A stretch of 64,000 nucleotides of DNA from Candidatus Pacearchaeota archaeon (GCA_050303855.1 JBNLCO010000010.1:30207-94206), one strand, 5' to 3'; shown: positions 10,167-19,591, counted from the stretch's first letter. The notes: generated by a model not told the origin, from the letters alone. A program made the numbers and translations.

Positions 10167-11591
10167 ATGGCTGTACAATTTGATTATATTGCAAAAAAAG
10201 GATGGAGACCGAGTAAAGAAAATTATCTTGTTACTTTATTGAAGGTTGAATTAGATGAGACTGCTATTAAAGAAGCAAGATATTCACATTCTAAAAAGAA
10301 TTATTCTATAGTTAAATTACGTAGAGAGTTGTTCGAGGAAGCTGCCGCTACGGTGGCTGCTGAAAGCTCTACTGGAACATGGACAAAAGTTTATTCTGGA
10401 AAAGATTCTGGAATTCCAAATGCACATAAGTTAAGAGCTTTAGTTTTTGATTTAGATTATGAAAGACAGATATTCAAGATTGCTTACCCAATAGAGTTAT
10501 TTGAAATGAACAACATCTCGGGTTTGTTAGCTGGAATAGTTGGAAATATAGCTGGAATGAAGATGGTTGCTGCTATGAGGGTTTATGATGTTTATTTCCC
10601 AAAGAAAATGGTTGAAGCTTTTCCAGGACCTAGATATGGGATTGAGGGTGTTAGAAGATTATTGAAAAAACCAAAGGGATGTTTAGTTGCAACGGTTCCG
10701 AAACCCAAAATAGGGCGTACTGATGAAGAACAGGCTAAACTTGCGTCCGTTTTATTTACTTCGGGTAGTGGAACTTACGAAGGAATAAAGGATGATGAAA
10801 ATTTGACAAGTTTGAAGTTTAATGATTTCTATAAACGATGTAAAAAAGTTCTTAATGAAATTAAGAGAGCAGAGAAAATTACAGGAAATAAAAAATTCTA
10901 TCTTTGTAATGCAACTCATTCAAACATTAATGAGATGTTAAAGAGAGCTAAGGCGATAAAAGACAATGGAGGAATATTTATGATGATGGATGTTATCACA
11001 ACGGGGTATGCTGCTGTTGACACAATTAGAAGAAATAATCCTGGTTTAGCAATTCATGCTCACAGGGCAATGCATGGCTTCTTAACAAGAGATAACTCTC
11101 CAGGAATTCATGGAAAAGGTAAACTATACGGATTTAGTATTTCAATGATATTTATTGCTAAACTTATGAGGCTTATGGGAGTTGATAGTTTACATGGAGG
11201 AAGTCCCTTAGCTAAAATGGAAGACTATGGGGAAGCGGAATATATTTGTCAGGTATTACAAGATAAAAAGTTAAAACCACATCCAAAGATACCCACTCTT
11301 GGACAAGATTGGCACCATATAAAGCCTGTATGGATGACAGCTTCAGGAGGTTTACATCCAGGAGATTTTGAGTCTGTATTGGGTGCTCTTGGAGAAGACA
11401 TAATCATACAATGCGGAGGAGGATTATTAGGACATCCAGAAGGTGTTGAAGCGGGAGTTGTAGCCATTGAAGAGGCTAGAACTATTTATGAGAGCAATAT
11501 TCCAATAAGAAAATTTGTTAAGGATAATCCAAGCAGTCCCCTAGCTATCGCGGTTAAACATTGGGGATATGGGCCGAAGATTGTTTATTAA
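10167..11591 (+). CDS. rbcL: ribulose-1,5-bisphosphate carboxylase large subunit, form III (archaeal)
   Basis: 474 aa. The N-terminus MAVQFDYIAKKG..., the length, and the absence of a small-subunit gene nearby fit form III RuBisCO. Confidence 0.85.
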   Translation: MAVQFDYIAKKGWRPSKENYLVTLLKVELDETAIKEARYSHSKKNYSIVKLRRELFEEAAATVAAESSTGTWTKVYSGKDSGIPNAHKLRALVFDLDYERQIFKIAYPIELFEMNNISGLLAGIVGNIAGMKMVAAMRVYDVYFPKKMVEAFPGPRYGIEGVRRLLKKPKGCLVATVPKPKIGRTDEEQAKLASVLFTSGSGTYEGIKDDENLTSLKFNDFYKRCKKVLNEIKRAEKITGNKKFYLCNATHSNINEMLKRAKAIKDNGGIFMMMDVITTGYAAVDTIRRNNPGLAIHAHRAMHGFLTRDNSPGIHGKGKLYGFSISMIFIAKLMRLMGVDSLHGGSPLAKMEDYGEAEYICQVLQDKKLKPHPKIPTLGQDWHHIKPVWMTASGGLHPGDFESVLGALGEDIIIQCGGGLLGHPEGVEAGVVAIEEARTIYESNIPIRKFVKDNPSSPLAIAVKHWGYGPKIVY

Positions 11592-11592
11592 A

Positions 11593-11892
11593 ATGGCAAA
11601 GAAGGTTGAAGAAAAAATTAAGAAATCCAAGAAAGAAATTGCCAGAGAAAGGCTAAGGAGATTTCATAGAGAGTTTAATAAAGCAACAACTACTGCAATT
11701 ATGGCTGCCTTTGGTTTTCTAGTTGCTTTGGTCTGGAAAGATGTTATAACCGAATTTGTAGATAATATTTCCGAGAAGAGTCCAATTCAAGGTAAGTTAA
11801 TTAGTGCATTAATTGTAACAATTATTTGCGTTCTTGGAATTATGATTGTAACGAAGATTTTTAGTGAGAAAAAAGAAGATGAAAAGAAGTAA
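11593..11892 (+). CDS. small membrane protein
   Basis: About 100 aa from MAKKVEEK. Two TM helices. Confidence 0.35.
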   Translation: MAKKVEEKIKKSKKEIARERLRRFHREFNKATTTAIMAAFGFLVALVWKDVITEFVDNISEKSPIQGKLISALIVTIICVLGIMIVTKIFSEKKEDEKK

Positions 11893-12334
11893 AATACGTA
11901 AAGCCATATTTGCTGTTACTTATTCTGTGGGTCTTGATGGAAAAGTAAGTTACGTTATTCTTAAGCGTAAAAAACATTGGAAAGGCTGGGAGTTTCCAAA
12001 AGGAAAGATCGAGAAATTTGAACGTAAAAGATCTACTGTGAAAAGAGAAGTTTTTGAAGAAACGGGATTAAGGGTTCTTGAGGTGAGGAGATTTAATGTT
12101 AAAGGTTTGTATAAATATAAAAAAGAATTAAAGGATAGGCCGGGAGTTATAGGTCAGACTTACACTTTATTTGCAGCAAGAGTAAAAAAAGGTGATGGAA
12201 AGGTTAGCATAGATCCAATAGAACACGTTTTAGGAAAATGGGTTTCGTTCAAAGAAGCAGAGAAATTGTTAACATGGCCAAATCAAAAGAAATGTTTGAA
12301 GATTGTAAATGATTGGTTAAATAGCAAAAGATAA
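11864..12334 (+). CDS. NUDIX hydrolase
   Basis: The Nudix box GKIEKFERKRSTVKREVFEETGL matches the GX5EX7REUXEEXGU pattern. Confidence 0.6.
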   Translation: MRKKKMKRSKIRKAIFAVTYSVGLDGKVSYVILKRKKHWKGWEFPKGKIEKFERKRSTVKREVFEETGLRVLEVRRFNVKGLYKYKKELKDRPGVIGQTYTLFAARVKKGDGKVSIDPIEHVLGKWVSFKEAEKLLTWPNQKKCLKIVNDWLNSKR

Positions 12335-12358
12335 AAAGCGAGAATTTGTTTAAAGAAT

Positions 12359-12748
12359 ATGGCAGAGTTTAGAGAATATATTTTATCATCGGGTACAAAA
12401 ATACTTTTAGGAAAAGATGCAGAAAACAATGATAAATTGGTAAATAAATTCAAAGGTGGAAGGAATTTGATATTACATACTGTTGAGCCTGGAAGTCCTT
12501 TTTGCGTTCTTGAGAAATTGAACCCATTTAGGCACGAAGTTCTTGAAGCAGGAATTATTTGTGCAATGAAAAGCCAGGATTGGAGAGATAATCATTCTAA
12601 CGTTAAACTGCACATGTTCTCAGGAAATGATGTTAAAAAACCATTTTTGGCAAAAGCAGGCACTTGGAGAATTACTAATGAACCAAAAGTAATTAATATT
12701 AAAAAGAGAGACATCGAGAATTGGATAAAGAAAAATGAAAGGAAATGA
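12359..12748 (+). CDS. NFACT-R/DUF814-like RNA-binding domain protein
   Basis: ILHTVEPGSPFCVL resembles the DUF814 hlHadxxpGShvvl core. Confidence 0.35.
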   Translation: MAEFREYILSSGTKILLGKDAENNDKLVNKFKGGRNLILHTVEPGSPFCVLEKLNPFRHEVLEAGIICAMKSQDWRDNHSNVKLHMFSGNDVKKPFLAKAGTWRITNEPKVINIKKRDIENWIKKNERK

Positions 12749-12980
12749 TCATTTAGTTGAAGAAATTAATAAAGAAACTTTCCGTAAGGGAGGAAATGAT
12801 GCAGATATCAAACAATACATGCTTTCAATACTTTATGGTGAAGGGATAGAAGGCCTTAAGGATTTTAATAAAAGGTATTCAAAAGACTTCACAAATGCGG
12901 GATATGATGTTAGGAAGATACAAGCAGATGCTTTATATATTTGGCATGGCTTAAATGAGTATGGGGGCGGCAAAACATAA
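12735..12980 (+). CDS. hypothetical protein
   Basis: 81-aa ORF in operon context. Confidence 0.3.
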   Translation: MKGNDHLVEEINKETFRKGGNDADIKQYMLSILYGEGIEGLKDFNKRYSKDFTNAGYDVRKIQADALYIWHGLNEYGGGKT

Positions 12981-13234
12981 TGGCCATAACTAAAGAAATA
13001 CAATTGGGAAAGAATGGAATCACTGAAGGATTTATGGATAGTTTAAAGAATCATTTCATTAAATCTCAAAATGTTAAAATTTCTGTCTTGAGAAGCTTTT
13101 GTAGAGATAAGAAAGAGTTGGAGGAGATTAAAAATAAGATCTTGGCAGAGTTAGGAAAGAATTATACTGCAAGGACGATCGGATATACTATTGCTTTAAA
13201 GAAATGGAGAAAAGCAAGAGAGGAAGCTTTATAA
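12980..13234 (+). CDS. YhbY/CRM-domain RNA-binding protein
   Basis: LGKNGITEGFMDSLKNHF...VKISVL matches the YhbY signature (LGKNGLTEGV...ELIKVK). Confidence 0.55.
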   Translation: MAITKEIQLGKNGITEGFMDSLKNHFIKSQNVKISVLRSFCRDKKELEEIKNKILAELGKNYTARTIGYTIALKKWRKAREEAL

Positions 13235-13373
13235 ATCAAAGTTTTCTGTGTAAAATAGGTAAATTGCTCTTAATCGAGTGAATCTATCACTGTAGTGCTG
13301 AAAATATCTCTATGAAATTTTCGCGTTGTCCGAAATTTACGATTTCGAACAAAAGTGAGCCTGATATAAGAAA

Positions 13374-13802
13374 ATGGTAAACCCTGTATATGAAATGGAT
13401 GCTCAAGAATATAATTTAAAGTTAGCTGAGGCTTTGAAGCAGGTTGAAGAGTTTAAGGCTCCTGAATGGATAATTTTTGTTAAGTCAGGTCCAAGTAAGG
13501 AAAGACCCATAGAAGATGATGATTTCTGGCAAAAGAGAGCGGCTTCTGTTTTGAGAAATATTTACAAGAAAGGTTCTGTGGGAACTGAGAGATTAAGAAC
13601 AAAATATGGTTCTAAGAAAAATAGGGGATTTAGACCTGAAGAATTTAGGAAGGCTTCTGGCAAGATTATAAGAACAATCTTACAGCAATCTGACAAAGCA
13701 GGATTTACAGAAATACAAAAGGCTGTTAAGGGTGTTAGAAGTAAGAAGCCAGGTAGAATAATTACAGACAAAGGTAAAAAGTTTTTGGAGGATATAAAGT
13801 AA
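13374..13802 (+). CDS. rps19e: 30S ribosomal protein S19e
   Basis: APEWIIFVKSG...RAASVLRNIY...GTERLRTKYG are conserved S19e blocks. Confidence 0.8.
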   Translation: MVNPVYEMDAQEYNLKLAEALKQVEEFKAPEWIIFVKSGPSKERPIEDDDFWQKRAASVLRNIYKKGSVGTERLRTKYGSKKNRGFRPEEFRKASGKIIRTILQQSDKAGFTEIQKAVKGVRSKKPGRIITDKGKKFLEDIK

Positions 13803-13803
13803 A

Positions 13804-14007
13804 ATGGCTTTGAAGAACTCACAAAAGAAAACTACTCTTGCAGTAAAAGGAAAGCAAACAAAATGGGCTCCAGTATGGGCTGTTTTGAAAAAGTTTGGAA
13901 ATGGTAAAAGAATCCACCCCTCAGTTATGACTCACGTGAAAAGATCATGGAGAAGAAATAAATTACATGTTAAGCCAAGAAAGGCTAAACCAAACCACTA
14001 CGGATAA
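13804..14007 (+). CDS. rpl39e: 50S ribosomal protein L39e
   Basis: 67 aa and very basic. WAPVWAVLK...HPSVMTHVKRSWRRNKL matches L39e. Confidence 0.8.
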   Translation: MALKNSQKKTTLAVKGKQTKWAPVWAVLKKFGNGKRIHPSVMTHVKRSWRRNKLHVKPRKAKPNHYG

Positions 14008-14008
14008 A

Positions 14009-14317
14009 ATGACTGAAGATCAAATATATTATTCAAAAGAATTTGTTATAAGAAAAGATTATGCGGATACTTATAGGAAAATTCTTGGATTGGAGGGCAA
14101 GGGCCTTAAGAAAGGTGTAGATAGCACTAACAAACACTTTCCAGTTTCAGGGGTCGTTCTATATAAAAGAAACCAAGAAGACCCAAGAAAAGTGGATTAT
14201 TTTCTTTCAGCAACTAAAACTAAAAGAAAAGTTGAGTTACAAATCTTATCTAAAGATGAAGATTTAGAAACTAAAATAGAAGAAGTTGAGGGCTTACTTG
14301 GAATAAATTTGAACTGA
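14009..14317 (+). CDS. hypothetical protein in ribosomal-protein operon
   Basis: About 102 aa from MTEDQIYY. It lies between L39e and L31e. Confidence 0.3.
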   Translation: MTEDQIYYSKEFVIRKDYADTYRKILGLEGKGLKKGVDSTNKHFPVSGVVLYKRNQEDPRKVDYFLSATKTKRKVELQILSKDEDLETKIEEVEGLLGINLN

Positions 14318-14318
14318 A

Positions 14319-14936
14319 ATGGCAGAAGCAAAGAACGAAAAGATTGAAAGAGAATATGTAATACCCCTTAGAGAGAAGTATAGACATGTTGCTAGATATA
14401 AGAAAACTCCAAAGGCGATAAAATCAATTAAGGAATTTATAGCTAGGCATATGAAAGTTTATGATAAAGATTTGAATAAAATAAAAGTAGATATGCATGT
14501 TAATGAATACTTGTGGGCTAGAGGCATAAAAAATCCTCCTCATAGTGTTAAAGTTAAGGCAATGAAAGATTCTGAAGGGATTGTTAAAGTTGAATTGGTA
14601 GATTACCCTGAAAAATTGAAATTCAAGAAAGCAAGATTGGATAAACAATCTAAGGACGCTCTTGAAGCAATTGAAAAGAAGAAGACTTTGAAAGAGAGAA
14701 TGCAGGAAACTGTTAAGGGAACTACTTCAGGAAAGAAAGAAAAATCAGAAGATGAAAACAAAGATGGCGTAAAAGATTCTGTTGAAGTTTCAGAGAAAAA
14801 GGCTTCAGTTAAGGATGCTGGAGAGAAAATGGAAAAAGAAATGGCTAAAGAAGCAAAACACACTACCAAATCTGTAAGTCCGAAAGAAGAAAAGAATAAT
14901 AAGAAAGAATATAATAAGAGTTCTAGAGGCAAGTAA
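14319..14936 (+). CDS. rpl31e: 50S ribosomal protein L31e with K/E-rich C-terminal extension
   Basis: REYVIPLREKY...HMKV...DLNKIKVDMHVNEYLWARGIKNPPHSVKV is the L31e core. A long lysine/glutamate-rich tail follows. Confidence 0.75.
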   Translation: MAEAKNEKIEREYVIPLREKYRHVARYKKTPKAIKSIKEFIARHMKVYDKDLNKIKVDMHVNEYLWARGIKNPPHSVKVKAMKDSEGIVKVELVDYPEKLKFKKARLDKQSKDALEAIEKKKTLKERMQETVKGTTSGKKEKSEDENKDGVKDSVEVSEKKASVKDAGEKMEKEMAKEAKHTTKSVSPKEEKNNKKEYNKSSRGK

Positions 14937-15569
14937 TTACTTTAATATTTTTCCGGTTTCTTCATACCATAAATAAAGATCCAATTCTCCTTGAGAAAGA
15001 TTTGTTTTTTCAGATATTTGTTTCAGAACATTTTCAATTTCAACATACTTTTTAGGAGTTAGAGATTTGTTTTTTGGTCTTTCTATAAGATTATGTTTTG
15101 CTAAAAGATCTACAATATGAAAGTCTATTATGGCTAGGTCTTTTTGGCCGATATTTCTTAAGAAATGTGAAGCTTCTTTCATTCCAATCCCTTTTATGTT
15201 TTGAACAACCCAATTTCTTTTTTCAAAGTCAGTTTGAAATTCGTTTAGAGTTTCTTTTATTGAGTTTACATGAGGCCTTGCAAGAACTACATAGTTTGCT
15301 CTTGCATTGGGAAATCTGTGTCCAAGTTCTGATAGCTTTTTAGCGAGATCTTCTTCTGATAAGGTCATGAAACCATCTCCAATAGCGTTTTGTATTTTTA
15401 TTCCGCCGTGAGCCGAGAAGTTTGCTGTCATAAAACAGAAACACAATTCTTTGAATATCTCCGGGCTATCTTTCGTTCCAAGATCTTCAAATTCTCTCAT
15501 TTTTGAATCTATTATTTCTTTTATGTTTGAATTTTTTAGAGATTCTATTTTTTCTATTAACACGCGCAT
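14937..15569 (-). CDS. ogg: archaeal-type 8-oxoguanine DNA glycosylase (Ogg2-like, HhH-GPD)
   Basis: The IKGIGMKEASHFLRNIG helix-hairpin-helix is followed by the catalytic D in IIDFHI. The length matches Ogg2. Confidence 0.6.
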   Translation of the reverse strand: MRVLIEKIESLKNSNIKEIIDSKMREFEDLGTKDSPEIFKELCFCFMTANFSAHGGIKIQNAIGDGFMTLSEEDLAKKLSELGHRFPNARANYVVLARPHVNSIKETLNEFQTDFEKRNWVVQNIKGIGMKEASHFLRNIGQKDLAIIDFHIVDLLAKHNLIERPKNKSLTPKKYVEIENVLKQISEKTNLSQGELDLYLWYEETGKILK

Positions 15570-16177
15570 TTTATTCCCTCTAGAATTTCATCTTTCTTTT
15601 TCTTTGATTGGTGAGTCTTTCCGAATCTTACCAAATTAGCATTAACCTTGTTCCAATATCTTTTAGGGAAGAGTTTTTTTAAGTCTTCTTCAATTTTATG
15701 AGGCTTATTTTCCGGAGCTTTTGTCCACCCTAAGTATCTTGAAGAATATATGACGTGAGTGTCGCATCCTAGGCCAAGTTTTCCAATTTCAGTTAAGAAA
15801 ACATTTGCAGTTTTTCTTCCAACTCCTGGGAGTTCTACTAATTCTTCTATATTTTCTGGAACCTTTGAGTTGTATTCTTTTACAAGCATTTTTGCACAGT
15901 TCAAGATATTCTTTGACTTATTCCTATGGAAGTTTACAGATCTTATTGTTGATTCTACTTCGGAGAGTTTTGCTTGAGATAATTTCTTTGGGGTTGGAAA
16001 TTTCTTGAATAGTTTTTTGCAGACTTCAATTGTTACTTCGTCTCTTGTACGTGCAGAAAGAACTATTGCAATTAGAGTTTGAAAGTTATTAGACCACCGT
16101 TCTGCAGCAAGACGCATTTCATTTCCAAGTTTAGAGAGTTTGTTTAATTGTTTAATAGCTGTTTTAGAATCTACCAT
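15557..16177 (-). CDS. nth: endonuclease III family DNA glycosylase/AP lyase
   Basis: HhH-GPD motif LVELPGVGRKTANVFL...GCDTHV. The C-terminus has only two Cys, so it may lack the classical 4Fe-4S loop. Confidence 0.65.
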   Translation of the reverse strand: MVDSKTAIKQLNKLSKLGNEMRLAAERWSNNFQTLIAIVLSARTRDEVTIEVCKKLFKKFPTPKKLSQAKLSEVESTIRSVNFHRNKSKNILNCAKMLVKEYNSKVPENIEELVELPGVGRKTANVFLTEIGKLGLGCDTHVIYSSRYLGWTKAPENKPHKIEEDLKKLFPKRYWNKVNANLVRFGKTHQSKKKKDEILEGIKCAC

Positions 16178-16201
16178 TTATGAAACAAAATTCATAGAAA
16201 T

Positions 16202-16555
16202 TTAAAGGTTTTTGTCCTCAACTTTCCCGTCAATATTTTTATCTATCTTTTCCCAACGACCATCATCTCGTCCGTAGCATTTGTCCATCTTCTTTTCCCA
16301 GTACTTGCTTAAATCAATATTGTGTGAATTTGCAAGACAAACCATGGCAAACATAAGATCACATATTTCTTCTCCAATTTCTGCAGAATCTTCAGGAGAT
16401 TTCTTTACCCTTGGACCATACCGGTTATTTACTTCTCTTGCTAATTCGCCTAGCTCTTCTGATGCTTGAGCAATTATAGATAAAGGAGGAAAATAACCTA
16501 TTTTATACTGAGAAACCCATTCATCAACCTGCATCTGAATATCCAATAGAGACAT
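16202..16555 (-). CDS. MazG-like nucleotide pyrophosphohydrolase
   Basis: ELGELAREV...EEICDLMFAMVCLAN is the all-alpha MazG NTP-PPase EExxE core. Confidence 0.55.
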   Translation of the reverse strand: MSLLDIQMQVDEWVSQYKIGYFPPLSIIAQASEELGELAREVNNRYGPRVKKSPEDSAEIGEEICDLMFAMVCLANSHNIDLSKYWEKKMDKCYGRDDGRWEKIDKNIDGKVEDKNL

Positions 16556-16603
16556 TATTGAATAAGTGAAAAGTTATATAAAAATATTGTTGTTCTTTGG
16601 TAT

Positions 16604-17035
16604 ATGGTAAGAATAAACCTTGTAAATCCAAAATATCTAGCCGATCAGCATCTTATTGCAGAATATAATGAAATTTTGATGTTATTCGGGTATGTTAGGA
16701 AACATCCACACACCCATTTTAACCAGATACCTCAGAGTTATAGATTGGGGCAGGGGCACATATTATTCTTTAAGAACAAATTAAGATATTTAGAGGAGAG
16801 ATTTGAAATAATAAAGAAAGAAATGGCTAAGAGAAGGTTTTCTGGTAAGAAGGAAATAAGTTTTAAAGGTATAGACAAAAGGCTTATTGGAAACTGGAGA
16901 CCTTCAACTTCAGACAAAGAGATAATAAAATCTAGACTTAGAGAGAGAATAAATTTAAAACCAAGTTATTATAGGTACTATGGGGAACATAAACCAAAGA
17001 AATTCTTTATGGACATGATAAAAAATGCTAGATAA
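16604..17035 (+). CDS. pyrimidine-dimer DNA glycosylase (T4 endonuclease V/DenV family)
   Basis: MVRINLVNPKYLADQHLIAEYNEILMLFGYVRKH aligns with T4 endoV [34 protein letters not shown]. Confidence 0.7.
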   Translation: MVRINLVNPKYLADQHLIAEYNEILMLFGYVRKHPHTHFNQIPQSYRLGQGHILFFKNKLRYLEERFEIIKKEMAKRRFSGKKEISFKGIDKRLIGNWRPSTSDKEIIKSRLRERINLKPSYYRYYGEHKPKKFFMDMIKNAR

Positions 17036-17732
17036 ATTAATTTTAGAATTGAGAAAAGTTTCAACACCCTATAGGGCAGAGCAGAGTGCTAAATTCTTTA
17101 AGACGGGAAAGGGAGAGTATGGGGAAGGAGATGTCTTCATAGGGGTAGATATGCCTACAATGAGGAGCATTGCTAAGAACTATACTAGTATGTCGCTTAA
17201 AGACCTCCAGACTTTATTAGAAAGTAAAATCCATGAATATAGGATGGTTGCGCTGGTTATTTTGGTTAATAAGTATAAGAAATCCAAAAAAGAGAAATTT
17301 CAAAAAAGAGAAATTTACAACTTTTATTTAAAAAATACTCGGAACATAAATAACTGGGATTTGGTTGATATTAGTTGCCCGCATATTATTGGAGAGTTTT
17401 GTTTGATTGAGGGTCCAGGAATTTTAAGAGATCTTGCAAAATCAGATCATTTATGGGAAAAGAGGGTTTCCATAGTTTCAACATTACGTTTGATAAAGGA
17501 AAAACGATATGGGGAGACCCTTGCTATATCGGATATGCTTATTAATGATGAACACGATTTGATCCATAAGGCGGTTGGTTGGATGTTGAGAGAGGTTGGT
17601 AAGAAGAATAAAGGAGTTCTTGAGTTATTTTTGAAAGAAAGATACAAATCAATGCCCAGGACAATGCTAAGATATGCTATAGAAAAATTTCCTGAAGATG
17701 AGCGGAAAAAGTATCTTCTTGGACATATATAA
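17025..17732 (+). CDS. DNA alkylation repair glycosylase (AlkD/AlkC HEAT-like repeat family)
   Basis: The N-terminus with the GVDMPTMRSIAK block and the later HEAT-like helices fit the AlkD family. Confidence 0.65.
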   Translation: MLDKLILELRKVSTPYRAEQSAKFFKTGKGEYGEGDVFIGVDMPTMRSIAKNYTSMSLKDLQTLLESKIHEYRMVALVILVNKYKKSKKEKFQKREIYNFYLKNTRNINNWDLVDISCPHIIGEFCLIEGPGILRDLAKSDHLWEKRVSIVSTLRLIKEKRYGETLAISDMLINDEHDLIHKAVGWMLREVGKKNKGVLELFLKERYKSMPRTMLRYAIEKFPEDERKKYLLGHI

Positions 17733-17792
17733 TGGAAAATATATTTCTTAGTAGTTAATTAATCTTTTAAATGACCAAATGATTAGAAATTT

Positions 17793-18656
17793 ATGAAAAG
17801 TAAGAAATCCGTAAAGGATTTGTTGGAATTTGGAATAATAAACGTAGATAAGCCTACAGGGCCAACCAGTTTTACAGTATCTGAATTTGTTATGAAATCT
17901 CTTAATTTAAGAAAAACATCTCATTTTGGAACTTTAGATCCAAAGGTTACAGGTGTTTTGCCTATTGCATTAAATAGGGCTTGTAAGTTAACTGGATATT
18001 TCTTAGGAGAGGATAAAACTTACGTTGGAATAATGAGGCTTCACGAAAGTGTTCCTCTTGAAGAAATTAAGAAGACGATAAAGGATAAATTTACAGGGGA
18101 TATAATTCAGATGCCTCCAGTTAAGTCAAGGGTTAAGAGACAACATCGAAAAAGAAAAATCCATTATTTTAAACTAATTGAACAGAGTGAAGATGGAAAA
18201 GAAGTTTTGTTTGAGGTTAAGTGTGAGGGGGGAACTTACATAAGAAAGCTAATTGATGATCTTGGGTCAGAGCTTAAGGTTGGAGCCCATATGCTCGAAC
18301 TCAGAAGAATGGAAGCGGGAATATTTGACGAAAGTTTTGCAGTTAATTTATATGAATTTGAGAAAGCCGTTGATGAATATAAAAAAGGGAGTGAAGAGTT
18401 GTTAAGGAAAATAATAATTCCGGCGGAAGTCGCTATAAAGAAAGTTTTTCCTGTAGTTGAAATTAAGGAAGAAAATCTTAAGCAGATATATACTGGAAAG
18501 CCAATATACAAGAAAGATATTGTTAAAGATGGGGGTTGGAAGAAAGATTCTACTGTTTCTGTGTTCTTTGGAGATACTTTTGTTGGAATGTATAAGGTTA
18601 TTAGAGGTAAGGAAATCTTTGCTAAGGCAGAATATGTTTTACAACCAGTTAGATAA
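17793..18656 (+). CDS. cbf5: tRNA/rRNA pseudouridine synthase Cbf5 (TruB family with PUA domain)
   Basis: INVDKPTGPTSFTV...HFGTLDPKVTGVLPIAL is the TruB catalytic motif containing the catalytic Asp. The C-terminus is PUA-like. Confidence 0.8.
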   Translation: MKSKKSVKDLLEFGIINVDKPTGPTSFTVSEFVMKSLNLRKTSHFGTLDPKVTGVLPIALNRACKLTGYFLGEDKTYVGIMRLHESVPLEEIKKTIKDKFTGDIIQMPPVKSRVKRQHRKRKIHYFKLIEQSEDGKEVLFEVKCEGGTYIRKLIDDLGSELKVGAHMLELRRMEAGIFDESFAVNLYEFEKAVDEYKKGSEELLRKIIIPAEVAIKKVFPVVEIKEENLKQIYTGKPIYKKDIVKDGGWKKDSTVSVFFGDTFVGMYKVIRGKEIFAKAEYVLQPVR

Positions 18657-18687
18657 TTTTATAACTTCGATAATTCTTTTTTTATAT

Positions 18688-19281
18688 ATGAGACACTTTG
18701 TTTATTTTTCAAGTTCAGCGGCTACATCTGGGAAGGCTCTTTCTAAGTATGCCGATGGAGGTTTAATGAAAGCTGGGCGTATGGACATTGCAATCCATAG
18801 TTTTATTCAAGGAGTATTTTTGTCCCATGGTTTTAGAAAAGATGTAGTTTTTCATTTTGTTTTTTATGGTATGCCTGACCCTCCAAAACATATACAGATT
18901 AAGGTTACAGATGATCTTGGCATAAGTAAGAAAGATGTTGGAAAGATAATTCAGAAGATGTTGTATAAATATAAAGAAGGTCAGAAAAATGAAGTCTTTC
19001 CTGAATGTTTTATTGAGAAAAAGAGTTTTATGAATGTTGTTCAAGAATTGATGGATGACGGAAATGAGGTTTATATCCTGGATAAAAAAGGAGAAGATAT
19101 ACGTAAGGCAGATATCCCTGATAAATGTGTTTTCATTTTAGGAGATCATGAAGGTTTACCTAAAGCAGAATTGAAGAGAATGAAGAAAGAAGTTAACTTA
19201 GTTTCTGTTGGAGATAAAATGTATTTTGCATCTCAAACTGTTGCCGTTGTTAATAACGAATTAGATTATAGAGGGATTTGA
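18688..19281 (+). CDS. trmY: tRNA (pseudouridine54-N1)-methyltransferase TrmY (SPOUT)
   Basis: DVVFHFVFYGMPDPPKHIQIKV and ILGDHEGLPKAE align with M. jannaschii TrmY (DVVFYAVLYGQPNPPVCIKF, IIGDHIGIGEED). The start is an internal ATG of the longer table ORF. Confidence 0.65.
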   Translation: MRHFVYFSSSAATSGKALSKYADGGLMKAGRMDIAIHSFIQGVFLSHGFRKDVVFHFVFYGMPDPPKHIQIKVTDDLGISKKDVGKIIQKMLYKYKEGQKNEVFPECFIEKKSFMNVVQELMDDGNEVYILDKKGEDIRKADIPDKCVFILGDHEGLPKAELKRMKKEVNLVSVGDKMYFASQTVAVVNNELDYRGI

Positions 19282-19551
19282 TTCTTGTTTCTTTCCTCTT
19301 GATCTAAAAAGATAAAATCGATCCTTGCCTGTTTTCTTTCCAACATAAGAAAAACCTGCAAATGGCGATTCTAACCAAGAATTAAAATCATAGTTGCTTT
19401 TTTTACGATACCTCCTCAATTCTTCTGCCCTTTCTTTCTCGTCTAGAACTGCCCCTGTGTCAGGACGTATTTCGGTTACATTATTGTAATATCCATTTTG
19501 TCCACTAAGAAATCTCTCAAATTTTCTAATTATTCTGCTACGTTCGCTCAT
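19261..19551 (-). CDS. hypothetical protein
   Basis: 96-aa basic protein. Confidence 0.3.
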   Translation of the reverse strand: MSERSRIIRKFERFLSGQNGYYNNVTEIRPDTGAVLDEKERAEELRRYRKKSNYDFNSWLESPFAGFSYVGKKTGKDRFYLFRSRGKKQESNPSII

Positions 19552-19591
19552 GATTAAGCATAATTTAATTACTTTTTAAGAATTTATATTA

